Source: Candidatus Kaiserbacteria bacterium
Lineage (GTDB): Bacteria; Patescibacteriota; Minisyncoccia; Phycocordibacterales; UBA2100
Length of the DNA: 64,000 nt
Assembly (NCBI GenBank): GCA_016186765.1
Contig: JACPLD010000002.1
Coordinates: forward strand, 110,386 to 174,385
Direction of reading: 5' to 3'
Shown: piece after piece, positions 28,895 to 37,902 of the stretch
Position numbering within the stretch: the first letter of the stretch is position 1
How the letters are laid out: every line of letters begins with the position of its first letter
Made by a program: the position numbers and the translations under genes
The notes under the pieces: model-generated
The model's input: only the letters and a program-made list of their open reading frames with translations
Told to the model about the DNA's origin: nothing
The model's database searches: none

Positions 28895-29518
28895 ATGAAT
28901 ATGTTTTCCGCAACCAAGTGTATTCGGTTCGGATGGACGAGTTTTCAGAAACGACCATGGTTCTTGGCCGGCATGACCGCTCTGATGCTCATTCTTTCGT
29001 GGGTGATCGGTGCTTTGATTGGAGGCATGTTCGGAAGTGGGAAAGGATTGGGGTTTCTGGGATTTCTCGCAAACGTTGCGCTCTCTACACTTCTCTCCAT
29101 GGGCTTTACGGCAGTCATGCTTCATTCGCACGATGCCCTCGAGAGTGTCACGATCGGTGAGCTTTGGCATCCGAAGCCGTTCTGGAAATTTCTTGGGGCA
29201 CAGTTTCTTGTCGGGCTCGTCGTATTGGTTGGCCTCCTGCTCCTCATCGTGCCAGGTGTGGTCGCGGCGCTTGCATTCATGTTTGTTCTCTACCTTGTTA
29301 TCGATAAGGAGCTTGGTCCGATCAAGGCAATGAAGGAAAGTGTGCGGATCACGCGCGGAAACCGCTTGCAGCTCTTGCTCCTTGCGCTCCTCGTATTTGT
29401 GCTCAACATCGTCGGCCTTGTCGCGCTTCTCGTTGGGCTTTTTGTTTCGATCCCCGTGACAACGCTTGCGATCGTGCACGCATATCGCGTTCTCCGGCAA
29501 CAAAAGGTTTCTGTCTAA
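28895..29518 (+). CDS. Hypothetical polytopic membrane protein (DUF975-like)
   Basis: 4-5 TM helices; no catalytic motif recognised. Confidence 0.45.
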   Translation: MNMFSATKCIRFGWTSFQKRPWFLAGMTALMLILSWVIGALIGGMFGSGKGLGFLGFLANVALSTLLSMGFTAVMLHSHDALESVTIGELWHPKPFWKFLGAQFLVGLVVLVGLLLLIVPGVVAALAFMFVLYLVIDKELGPIKAMKESVRITRGNRLQLLLLALLVFVLNIVGLVALLVGLFVSIPVTTLAIVHAYRVLRQQKVSV

Positions 29519-29925
29519 TGCAGAGCATAATCATTTATACCGATGGGGGTGCAAGAAATAATCCTGGCCCTGCTGGCGTGGGCATTGTAATTATTGATGG
29601 TTCAAAAAAAGTCGAACTCAAAAAGTACATCGGCGAACGAACGAACAACTGGGCTGAATACGAGGCGGTAATTATCGCGCTGACGGAGGCAAAGAAGCAG
29701 GGCTTGGCAAAGCGCGAGATCGAGATGCGAATGGATAGCGAGCTTATTCAGCGTCAATTGACCGACGAATACCAAGTGAAAGAAGAGAGCCTATGGCCGC
29801 AGTACATGAAAGTGCACAATCTCTTAGTAGTGCACTTTCCGAACATCCGGTTCGTGCATGTGCGGCGCGAAGAGAACAGCGAGGCAGACCGGCTTGTGAA
29901 CGAGGCGATAGACGAGCCCCGTTAG
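29518..29925 (+). CDS. rnhA: Ribonuclease HI
   Basis: IYTDGGARNNPGPAGVGIVI...NNWAEYEAVIIAL: RNase H catalytic DEDD signature. Confidence 0.85.
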   Translation: MQSIIIYTDGGARNNPGPAGVGIVIIDGSKKVELKKYIGERTNNWAEYEAVIIALTEAKKQGLAKREIEMRMDSELIQRQLTDEYQVKEESLWPQYMKVHNLLVVHFPNIRFVHVRREENSEADRLVNEAIDEPR

Positions 29926-29998
29926 AAAATACGCATCGTGCACCTACGGATAGGAACGTCTTTCGATTTCTAACGGGGCGAGGCATAATACGAGACGC

Positions 29999-30316
29999 AT
30001 GGTACGCGAGCAGATTAGAGGCACGCTTGTGGGATTCCTTGACTTCATTCGCGAGCGCGGGGTCATGGGTCTCGCCATCGGCTTTGTCTTGGGTGGCGCC
30101 GTCTCGCGCGTGACGACATCGTTTTCCGCCGACATCGTAAATCCGGCTCTCGCGTACCTCTTCGGCGGCACGGAGCGGCTCGGGGACATATTCATCGGGG
30201 AGGTCGCGGTAGGAAGGTTCCTCGCTGCCCTTCTCGATTTTCTCGTGCTTGCGCTCGTGGTGTACCTTATTTTTAGAGTGCTTAAGTTGGACAGCCTTGA
30301 TAAGAAGAGGGGATGA
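29999..30316 (+). CDS. mscL: Large-conductance mechanosensitive channel
   Basis: FLDFIRERGVMGLAIGFVLGGAVSRVTTSFSADIVNP matches the MscL TM1 signature. Confidence 0.85.
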   Translation: MVREQIRGTLVGFLDFIRERGVMGLAIGFVLGGAVSRVTTSFSADIVNPALAYLFGGTERLGDIFIGEVAVGRFLAALLDFLVLALVVYLIFRVLKLDSLDKKRG

Positions 30317-31806
30317 TGAGCACGCACGTTCTGTGGGCCATCGTTCTCGGATTTCTCGCCGGCATTTTTCTTCGATCGTTCGTACCGCTTGGGGTCTCGT
30401 TCGTGTCACTTCTCTCGTTGAGCGCCGTTGCAGTGCTCATACTTTCCGCTAGACAGAGGGCAATTCGAGGAGTTTTCGTAGCTGTTGCTCTGCTTGCGTG
30501 CGGTGCCGGGGTGCTTCGCATGGATGCTGCCGTGCTCGTTTCCGATCCTGCACTCGCATCGCGCGTCGGAGAAAAAGTGACGCTCGAAGGTGTCGTCTTC
30601 AACGAACCCGACGCTCGGGAGGCAAGTGTGCGAATTCCGCTTCGTCTCGAGACCGGAACGGGAATACTTGTCGTTGCTCCCGCGCATGCCGCTGTTCGCT
30701 ACGGCGATCATGTGCGAGCGGAGGGAGTGTTGCGCCTTCCTTCAGGCTTTGAGACTGGCTTGGGTCGGGAATTCAACTATCCCGCATATCTCGCCAAAGA
30801 CGGGATCGGCTACGAGCTTTCGTTCGCGGGGGTCGAGGTGGTCGGTCGGGGCGGCGCGAATCCCCTCAAGACATTCGCGATCGAGACAAAACGTTTATTC
30901 CTCGAGGGCCTTGGCCGCGCGCTTCCCGAGCCGGCGGCCGGTCTTGCGGGCGGAATAACGGCAGGAGACAAGCGAGGCTTGGGCGCGGAGCTTTCCGACG
31001 TATTCAGAACCGTTGGCTTGACGCACATCATCGTCCTCTCCGGCTACAACATCATGATTGTAGTTCTTGGGCTCGGCTGGCTCTTGCAGAAGCTGTACGC
31101 GCCTCGCGCGTGGAAGGTTCTTCTCGGTATCGGCATTGCGGTTCTCTTCGCGCTCATCACGGGGCTTGCCTCTGCCTCGGTGCGTGCCGCCGCAATGGCC
31201 TCGATCGCGCTCGTCGGAGCGTACACGGGCCGTCTCTACGTCGCAGCGCGCGCGCTTGGCGCAGTCGCCCTCGCGATGGTTGTGTGGAATCCCTATGTGC
31301 TCGCATTCGATCCCGGATTCCAACTCTCGGTCATCGCGACCGTCGGCCTCATTGCCTTCACGCCGCGTATCGCGCCGCGTCTCTCGTTCGTGACGACGAA
31401 GGGGAACCTCCGCGAGATTTTCGCGACGACCCTCTCCGCGCAGATCGCCGTGCTGCCGCTCCTTCTCTATCAGACCGGACAGGTCCCGCTCTATTCGCTG
31501 CCGGTGAATCTCCTCGCGCTCGTTGCGGTGCCGTGGGCGATGCTTTTCTCGGCAATTGCCGCACTCGGCGGGATCATCTTAGGGCCGCTTGCAACGTTCA
31601 TTAGTCTTCCCGCGTACGTACTCCTTTCGTACCTTGTCGATGTTGCGCAATTTTTCTCCGCGCTCCCGTATGCCTCGCTCGCGCTTCCTACCTTCAGCGC
31701 ATGGTGGCTCGTTCTTCTGTACGGAGGAATGCTGCTGTGGGTGCTGCGAAGAGAGAAGTTCAATGGGACCGAGATGAGAGTAAGCAGGGCAGCAGCAAGA
31801 GGTTGA
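30313..31806 (+). CDS. comEC: ComEC/Rec2 DNA internalization channel, N-terminal (DUF4131 + competence) part only
   Basis: Polytopic; GLTHIIVLSGYNIMIV competence-domain motif. No MBL domain in this ORF. Confidence 0.75.
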   Translation: MMSTHVLWAIVLGFLAGIFLRSFVPLGVSFVSLLSLSAVAVLILSARQRAIRGVFVAVALLACGAGVLRMDAAVLVSDPALASRVGEKVTLEGVVFNEPDAREASVRIPLRLETGTGILVVAPAHAAVRYGDHVRAEGVLRLPSGFETGLGREFNYPAYLAKDGIGYELSFAGVEVVGRGGANPLKTFAIETKRLFLEGLGRALPEPAAGLAGGITAGDKRGLGAELSDVFRTVGLTHIIVLSGYNIMIVVLGLGWLLQKLYAPRAWKVLLGIGIAVLFALITGLASASVRAAAMASIALVGAYTGRLYVAARALGAVALAMVVWNPYVLAFDPGFQLSVIATVGLIAFTPRIAPRLSFVTTKGNLREIFATTLSAQIAVLPLLLYQTGQVPLYSLPVNLLALVAVPWAMLFSAIAALGGIILGPLATFISLPAYVLLSYLVDVAQFFSALPYASLALPTFSAWWLVLLYGGMLLWVLRREKFNGTEMRVSRAAARG

Positions 31807-31854
31807 CGTCGGTGTTCGTAGGTGTACATTTTTGCTCTTTTGTTCTTCGCAACT

Positions 31855-31907
31855 CTCTGCCACAGCGAATAGCGCTTTCCTATAGAGCATTGTTCGCTGT
31901 GGCAGAG
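31855..31907. promoter_or_regulatory. Perfect 15-bp inverted repeat CTCTGCCACAGCGAA-N23-TTCGCTGTGGCAGAG
   Basis: Seen in sequence; 50 bp downstream of the comEC stop and upstream of a small SD-preceded ORF. Confidence 0.5.
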
Positions 31908-31951
31908 GAGGTCACAGTGTTCACTCACTAGAGCTAGAGAGAGGTGCTGAC

Positions 31952-32164
31952 ATGGCTAGAGATCACGCAGCTGATGATGTTCGACGACGACGTCGGATCG
32001 CCAGCGTCAAGAAGTCTCCTTCGAGGCCAACACCCGGCGAGGGGCTCAAGGGCTCCGAGCTTCCTAGAGGGGAGTTTAAGGGCCCCTATAGACAGGCTGA
32101 TGACGAGGAGAAGCTGTTCATTTCCCGCCGAGATGCCTACCCTGACGGCTACGGCAGCGAGTAA
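31952..32164 (+). CDS. Small basic hypothetical protein (70 aa)
   Basis: SD-like GAGAGAGG 7 nt upstream of the ATG. Followed by hairpin CGGCGCG-TTTCCA-CGCGCCG plus a T-tract at 32213..32240. Confidence 0.3.
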   Translation: MARDHAADDVRRRRRIASVKKSPSRPTPGEGLKGSELPRGEFKGPYRQADDEEKLFISRRDAYPDGYGSE

Positions 32165-32212
32165 CTGACCCGTCCGTCTACGGAAGTCTCACGTTGGGGA
32201 TCTCCCTACCTG

Positions 32213-32240
32213 CGGCGCGTTTCCACGCGCCGTTCTTTTA
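32213..32240 (+). terminator. Rho-independent terminator-like hairpin + T-tract (bidirectional position between the small ORF and sodA)
   Basis: CGGCGCGTTTCCACGCGCCG followed by TTCTTTTA. Confidence 0.45.
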
Positions 32241-32831
32241 TGCAATTTCTTCAAAGCGCTTCTCGATCACGCCCCAATTGAGATTTTTGAAGAACGCGTC
32301 GATGTATTTCCCTTTGCCTAGAGCTCCGTAATCAAGAATGAACGCGTGCTCCCACACATCGAGCGCAAGGATGATGGGGAGCGTCACGAAGTGTCCTTGA
32401 TGTTGCTCGCCAGTGAAACCGGTGAGAAGTTCACTCGCATTGGGATCGTAATAGAGAATGGCCCAGCCCGGTCCTCTCATATTGCCGATCATTGTCATGA
32501 CTTTCTCTGCTGTGTACGGGCGATAGGTACTCTCAAGTGCTTTCGCAAGAGCTCCCTCTGTGGTGAGCGGAATCGAACCGCCCTCAAACTGCGAGAAGTA
32601 ATACTCATGCAGGCGCATCCCGTCGAATTCAAAGCTGCGCCTGCGCATGAGCTCGGCAATCGCGTGCGCATATTTTTCTGAGTCTTCCGTTGCGAGTTTT
32701 GCGAGGAGTTTCGATATGGCATTGAAGTTTTTCACGTACCCTTCATACAGTCCAAGGTGTTGTTTCACCGACTCATCAGAGATTCCATCGAGTTTCGGGA
32801 GATCGAACCTTTTCGCTTCGTAGGTGTGCAT
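32238..32831 (-). CDS. sodA: Fe/Mn superoxide dismutase
   Basis: C-terminal DVWEHAFILDYG metal-ligand motif. ORF track extends to 33140; ATG (MHTYEAKRFDLPKL) at 32831 is preferred. Confidence 0.85.
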   Translation of the reverse strand: MHTYEAKRFDLPKLDGISDESVKQHLGLYEGYVKNFNAISKLLAKLATEDSEKYAHAIAELMRRRSFEFDGMRLHEYYFSQFEGGSIPLTTEGALAKALESTYRPYTAEKVMTMIGNMRGPGWAILYYDPNASELLTGFTGEQHQGHFVTLPIILALDVWEHAFILDYGALGKGKYIDAFFKNLNWGVIEKRFEEIA

Positions 32832-32874
32832 GCGCGCAGTATAGCATCGCGGTTCATGAAGGTAGAATGACGCA

Positions 32875-33729
32875 ATGCGAAGGAGCATGGTTGTCATCGG
32901 CACAACGCTCGCCGCCCTCGTGATCGCCACTACCCTGATCTGGTTCGCTATTTTTTGGGAGGAGAGACGTGGTCTTCTCGCTGTTTCGTTTCTCGATGTT
33001 GGGCAAGGCGATGCGATTTTCATCGAGAGCCCAAGCGGGCGACAAGCACTCGTCGATGGTGGTCCTGATAGAAGTGTTCTGCGCGAGCTTGGGCAAGTGA
33101 TGCCATGGTACGACCGCTCGATCGATGTCGTTATCGCCACTCATCCGGACGCCGATCACATAAGCGGACTCGTCGACGTACTTCAGCGTTACCGTGTCGA
33201 TTACATTTTTCAGCCAGGTGTCGAAAAAAATACTGGCCCTGCCGAATCCATGCTGCTTTCTGTCGCGAAGGAAGGAGCAGAAGAAATATATGCACGGCGC
33301 GCCCAGATACTTGACCTTGGCGAAGGTGCGTACCTCGAAATCCTGTTTCCGGATAGAGATGTATCGGGTGTCGAAACGAATACGGCTTCCATCGTTACTC
33401 GGCTCGTCTACGGCAATACTGCCTTCATGCTCACCGGCGATGCGCCAGAGGCCATCGAGAACTATCTTGTGCAGCTTGATGGAGAGGACCTGAGGGCAAA
33501 CGTCTTGAAAGTCGGCCATCACGGCTCCGATACATCCTCATCTGAGTTATTCGTTGGATTTGTATCCCCCGAATATGCCGTGTTTTCGCGTGGGTGTGAC
33601 AACCGCTATGGTCATCCTCACGAAGAAGTTGTCGCGCTCTTTAATCGCTTCGAGATTCAAACTTTTGATACGTGCGAGGATGGCACGATAACGTTCATGT
33701 CCGACGGAGCAAAAGTGGAAAAGCGCTAG
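32875..33729 (+). CDS. MBL-fold metallo-hydrolase, ComEC C-terminal-domain-like, with N-terminal TM
   Basis: VSFLDVGQGDAIFIE...VVIATHPDADHISGL...KVGHHGSDTSS, typical of the ComEC beta-lactamase domain. Confidence 0.7.
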   Translation: MRRSMVVIGTTLAALVIATTLIWFAIFWEERRGLLAVSFLDVGQGDAIFIESPSGRQALVDGGPDRSVLRELGQVMPWYDRSIDVVIATHPDADHISGLVDVLQRYRVDYIFQPGVEKNTGPAESMLLSVAKEGAEEIYARRAQILDLGEGAYLEILFPDRDVSGVETNTASIVTRLVYGNTAFMLTGDAPEAIENYLVQLDGEDLRANVLKVGHHGSDTSSSELFVGFVSPEYAVFSRGCDNRYGHPHEEVVALFNRFEIQTFDTCEDGTITFMSDGAKVEKR

Positions 33730-33968
33730 ACCAAACCGGCTGCTTTCAGTGTCTTGTACGCGCCTCGCTTTTTCATCGTCTTGAGGCCTTTTGCGGAAAC
33801 GTTGATGGTGATTTTCTTGCCGAGCTCAGGGATGAAAAGCGTCTTCTTCTGAAGATTCACCTGGCGGCGGCGCGTGCCGGTAGGATTGAACTTCGTCGCG
33901 CGCGTGCGATTCGAATAGCCGCCTCCCACGCGGCTCTTCTTCCCTGTGATTACACACTCTCTAGCCAT
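33726..33968 (-). CDS. rpmB: 50S ribosomal protein L28
   Basis: MARECVITGKKSRVGGGYSNRTRATKFNPTGTRRRQVNLQKK. Confidence 0.85.
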   Translation of the reverse strand: MARECVITGKKSRVGGGYSNRTRATKFNPTGTRRRQVNLQKKTLFIPELGKKITINVSAKGLKTMKKRGAYKTLKAAGLV

Positions 33969-34024
33969 AGTTGCGTCATAGTACACGGATGACTTCGGTT
34001 CGGCAAATCGGCTATACTCTAGAC

Positions 34025-34585
34025 ATGGGGAATCCGGAACAGCCCAAAAGTCCGTGGGCCCGTGGCGACTGGGCGGAAAGGGTCCTCAAAGAGAAGGACG
34101 GAGAGGGAACGGTTGAAGCATTGCGCGATGAGCACCGCCGCCGCACTTTGATCGACGAAGACAGAAAGGAACACCACAACGACATGAGAGCCGCGGCTGT
34201 TGCTGCTAGAGAGAATCCTGAGCAAGGCACGCGCCTTGTTCTTGAAGCGGGTAAGAAACACTCCCGTAGAATAATTGATATACACGGTGGGACGATTTGC
34301 GAGACATTCCGAGTGGAAAGAGACGCAGGCTTGATTCGCGTTGGTGGGAGAGAGTACTTTACGCACGCTGGGGCAAGAGATGAAGATTACATACGGCCGC
34401 GTTTTCTACAGTGCGTCTTGCCCAAGGAGGCAGTGGACGACGAAGGGTACGTGGTTGCTTTTACTCCCGATGACATACGGCGCGCCGCCAGAGAATTTCA
34501 AGAGAGGTGGCCTGAAGTCGTGTTCTCGTTCGACGAGGATCGTCAGCGCGGTCTATTTTCCTATACAGCGACCGTGGCCTCGTGA
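34025..34585 (+). CDS. Hypothetical protein
   Basis: Charged soluble protein with no recognised motifs. An alternative start at 33971 exists. Confidence 0.35.
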   Translation: MGNPEQPKSPWARGDWAERVLKEKDGEGTVEALRDEHRRRTLIDEDRKEHHNDMRAAAVAARENPEQGTRLVLEAGKKHSRRIIDIHGGTICETFRVERDAGLIRVGGREYFTHAGARDEDYIRPRFLQCVLPKEAVDDEGYVVAFTPDDIRRAAREFQERWPEVVFSFDEDRQRGLFSYTATVAS

Positions 34586-34622
34586 ATGATGTGGGGCATG
34601 CTCGACGTGCTAGGATATCGCA

Positions 34623-35246
34623 ATGACTCTCGTAGATGGGATCTTCATCGTCGCTGTCATTATCATGTCGGCCGTCATTCACGAAGTGATGCACGGCGTT
34701 GCGGCAGAGCAACTCGGCGACCCTACAGCGCGTCTGCAAGGACGCATTACTCTGAATCCAATTTCGCACCTCGACCCGATCGGAAGCGTTTTGCTGCCGC
34801 TCATTCTTGTGCTAACCAATTCATCGATCCTTTTCGGCTGGGCAAAGCCCGTGCCTTACAACCCCTACAACCTCCGACCCGGGCGCTTTAGCGAGGCCAT
34901 CGTCGCCGGAGCTGGACCAGTTTCAAATCTCGCGATAGCACTCGTCGGCGGATTGGTTATCCGCTCCGGCGTTCTCGCCGGCATGGAGAGCGCCATTTTC
35001 ATCGTTGTCTTAGTGAACGTCATGCTCTTCCTCTTCAACCTCATCCCCATTCCGCCTCTTGATGGCTCAAAAGTGCTGGAATCGCTCTTGCCCCGAGCTT
35101 TGTCGAGGGGCTACACCGAATGGAGAATGCGCATGGAATTCAATCCGCTTCTCGGCATCGGATTGGTCGTTCTCTTCATCGTGCTCCTTGGGGGCACATT
35201 CGGCCGTTTCATCTACCAAATTGCGCAGATGATTGCGGGGATGTGA
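34623..35246 (+). CDS. Site-2 protease family (peptidase M50) membrane metalloprotease
   Basis: HEVMHG zinc motif and NLIPIPPLDGSKV motif, polytopic. Confidence 0.75.
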   Translation: MTLVDGIFIVAVIIMSAVIHEVMHGVAAEQLGDPTARLQGRITLNPISHLDPIGSVLLPLILVLTNSSILFGWAKPVPYNPYNLRPGRFSEAIVAGAGPVSNLAIALVGGLVIRSGVLAGMESAIFIVVLVNVMLFLFNLIPIPPLDGSKVLESLLPRALSRGYTEWRMRMEFNPLLGIGLVVLFIVLLGGTFGRFIYQIAQMIAGM

Positions 35247-35299
35247 CCGCTGTACACAATCGCACAGGAAGGCGTCTTGGAAAGTGGTAGGCTTAGCGC

Positions 35300-36463
35300 A
35301 TGGGAAGGAGGAGGCGCTCGAAGGTGAGGCGCGCCAAATGGTCTCGCTCGCAGATGTTCGTGCTCGGCCTCGCACTGGTATCCGCTGTTGCATTCGGCAC
35401 GCTCGGCATTTCTGCAGAGTCGCGAATGAGCCAGCTTGCCGCAACGGAAGCCACGGTTACGACTACTTCGCCGAAGGACTGTACGACCGCCATTAAAAAA
35501 GCGTTGCGAGGTATGGCCGACAATGACGGTCCGGCAACTGATACGGTGAGCGGCACGGGAACGGGTGGAGCTAGTGGGATCACCTCCAGTGAGTGCTTCG
35601 GAGCGGTTATTACGGAACAGGGGAAGCAGAAAAGGACCAGAATACTTTCGGGTAATCCGTACGGAGAGAAACTTACCGAACAAGATTACCGGTGCACGGG
35701 ACGGTCGGGCACGTCGCACGTGTCGTCGGAGGGCACGGTTTCTAATACAACCGCGAAGGACGGCGTGCCGCCACGTAAATGTGATACAGAAGTAACGAGT
35801 GAGAAACCCGGCGGTCAAGGGGGCAAGCCGGAGGGCAGCCAGGACGATAAGTGCCAGCAGAATCCTCAAGACCCGTCCTGCCAGGGAGGCGAGGGGAAGC
35901 CGCCCGAGCTCCCGAAGCCACCTGAGAAGAAGCCAGAGGAGCAGAAGCCCCAGGAGCAGCCGCAGCAGCAGGACTGTAATACCCTTACCGAAGAAGAAAA
36001 GAAGAAAAAGCCGGAGTGCCGAGGGCTGGAGGGGCAAGAACAGCTCAATCAGGCATTACAGGAGAAAGAGAATCAAAACTTACTTAGTGACGTCGCTTCT
36101 TTCGGCAAGGGCGCCTTGAGATACTTTGGTTCTTTGATGGGGGTTCGACCAGAAGCACCGGAAGCACTAACGGATGACAGACCCACAGCACCCCGTGCAG
36201 ACGCATCCTCATTGACAGAAGATGTCCAGCAAGCGCAGGTCAGAGCAGAGGCGAAAGCAGGGCCTGAAACTACGGTCGCACAGAACTCTTCTGGGCAGAG
36301 TGGTTATCAGGCGCCATCAACTGGATTTGCTGCTCCCAAAACCGCTGCTCCCGAAACGTCGCGCGTAGTAGGAGCATCGATGATTCCTCCAGCGGTCATT
36401 AGCGGCCTTCAGAGCGCGCTCTCGGGTATCGCCGGGTGGCTTCGCAGCACGTTTGGGCTCTGA
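35300..36463 (+). CDS. Hypothetical secreted/anchored low-complexity protein (P/E/Q/K-rich)
   Basis: N-terminal signal anchor, Cys pairs, PEQK-rich repeats. The antisense ORF 35213..36037 is judged a shadow. Confidence 0.45.
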   Translation: MGRRRRSKVRRAKWSRSQMFVLGLALVSAVAFGTLGISAESRMSQLAATEATVTTTSPKDCTTAIKKALRGMADNDGPATDTVSGTGTGGASGITSSECFGAVITEQGKQKRTRILSGNPYGEKLTEQDYRCTGRSGTSHVSSEGTVSNTTAKDGVPPRKCDTEVTSEKPGGQGGKPEGSQDDKCQQNPQDPSCQGGEGKPPELPKPPEKKPEEQKPQEQPQQQDCNTLTEEEKKKKPECRGLEGQEQLNQALQEKENQNLLSDVASFGKGALRYFGSLMGVRPEAPEALTDDRPTAPRADASSLTEDVQQAQVRAEAKAGPETTVAQNSSGQSGYQAPSTGFAAPKTAAPETSRVVGASMIPPAVISGLQSALSGIAGWLRSTFGL

Positions 36464-36536
36464 CAAATCGGAAATATTTGCGCGGGCGCGCCACTTATAG
36501 TACATTTTGCATGCGCGCGCGGCGCGCATAACTTAT

Positions 36537-36953
36537 ATGTCCACAATCAATCAGCTCGTGAAGCGTGGCCGGAAAGCAAAGAGCTGGCGCACGAAGACGA
36601 TCGCGCTTTCGCGCGGCTTCAACACGCTTAAAAATCGTCCAACGCATTTCTCCTCGCCGTTCAAGCGCGGCGTTTGCACACGCGTCACGACGAAGACGCC
36701 GCGCAAACCAAACTCCGCGATTCGGAAGATCGCCCGCGTGCGGCTTAGTAACGGCATGGAGATCACCGCATACATTCCCGGCGAAGGGCACAACTTGCAG
36801 GAACACTCACTTGTACTGGTGCGCGGTGGTCGTGTGAAGGACATCGGTCTTCGCTACACGATCGTGCGCGGTAAGCTCGACACTGCCGGTATCGAAAAGC
36901 GCCGTCGCGGCCGTTCGCTCTACGGTGCCAAGAAACCGAAGGGAGAAAAATAA
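36537..36953 (+). CDS. rpsL: 30S ribosomal protein S12
   Basis: [12 protein letters not shown]...[10 protein letters not shown]... near-universal S12 sequence. Confidence 0.95.
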   Translation: MSTINQLVKRGRKAKSWRTKTIALSRGFNTLKNRPTHFSSPFKRGVCTRVTTKTPRKPNSAIRKIARVRLSNGMEITAYIPGEGHNLQEHSLVLVRGGRVKDIGLRYTIVRGKLDTAGIEKRRRGRSLYGAKKPKGEK

Positions 36954-36984
36954 CCAATGACCAAGAAACAATAACCAAAAATCC

Positions 36985-37446
36985 ATGCGAAGACCGATAA
37001 AGAGGAGGAATATTCTGCAGCCGGACGAGATGTACGGCTCTCTCAAAGTGGCGAAGCTCATCAACTACGTGATGGAGCGCGGCAAGAAGGACACTGCGCG
37101 CAAGATCGTCTACAAGGTGATGGATGAACTGAAAAAGGAGGGTGACCCTGTTGTAATTCTTGAAGATGCGCTCGAGAAAGCGAGCCCGAACGTCGAAGTG
37201 CGCTCGCGCCGCGTCGGCGGAGCCAACTATCAGGTGCCGCGCGAGGTAAATCCGAATCGTAAGCTTGCCCTTGGCTTGCGCTGGATCGTGGAGGCGGCCG
37301 AAGGCACGAAGGGCGTCCCTATGGCAGACGCACTTTTGAAAGAGATCAAAGCTGCGCACAAAGGTGAGGGGGCCGCCGTTACCAAGAAAGAGACGACACA
37401 CCGAATGGCAGAAGCAAATAAAGCTTTCGCTCACTTTGCGTGGTAA
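36985..37446 (+). CDS. rpsG: 30S ribosomal protein S7
   Basis: Canonical S7 (KFINYVMERGKK..., GGANYQVP). Confidence 0.9.
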   Translation: MRRPIKRRNILQPDEMYGSLKVAKLINYVMERGKKDTARKIVYKVMDELKKEGDPVVILEDALEKASPNVEVRSRRVGGANYQVPREVNPNRKLALGLRWIVEAAEGTKGVPMADALLKEIKAAHKGEGAAVTKKETTHRMAEANKAFAHFAW

Positions 37447-37465
37447 GTTCCCCCCGTGTCGTTAC

Positions 37466-37807
37466 ATGATGCACCTCGAAGGTGCATCGTTTTGTGTCAA
37501 GGATGATACACTCACCATTATGGAGCATGTACCACATGAGCATCAGCGTAAACCAGAGAGAGCTGTTCCGGCTGAATCGGCGGAAGCGGAAGAAATACAA
37601 ATGGCGGCAGAGGAGGTTGCAGCACTTGTGAGAGACCGGCTCGCATATAAGAAGACGGACGCAGAAAACGTTTGGGAGGATGAGCTCAAGAACGTGGATC
37701 ACGAGATCGTGGAGACTATGGATCGGTACGGTCTGCCGGAGGATAAGCGCGATGCCATCCTTTCGCTCGCGCGAAAGAAGTGGGAAGCTGCAATACGTCC
37801 GCACTGA
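37466..37807 (+). CDS. Small hypothetical acidic protein
   Basis: ORF only; sits between rpsG and a HAD hydrolase where fusA would normally follow. Confidence 0.3.
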   Translation: MMHLEGASFCVKDDTLTIMEHVPHEHQRKPERAVPAESAEAEEIQMAAEEVAALVRDRLAYKKTDAENVWEDELKNVDHEIVETMDRYGLPEDKRDAILSLARKKWEAAIRPH

Positions 37808-37902
37808 GTGCGCACATCATCGGCTCGCTTCTTGAAATGGGCTACCGCGTATGGGTGCGATCAATCCGATTTGCTCTGGCGCGTGCGTGGTAGCATTAGC
37901 GC

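Noticed and set aside
35213-36037. 274-aa minus-strand ORF overlapping the P/E/Q/K-rich secreted protein gene
   Set aside because: Leu/Arg-rich repeat translation is the mirror of the low-complexity plus-strand gene. The plus strand has a signal anchor and was preferred, though neither has strong homology support.
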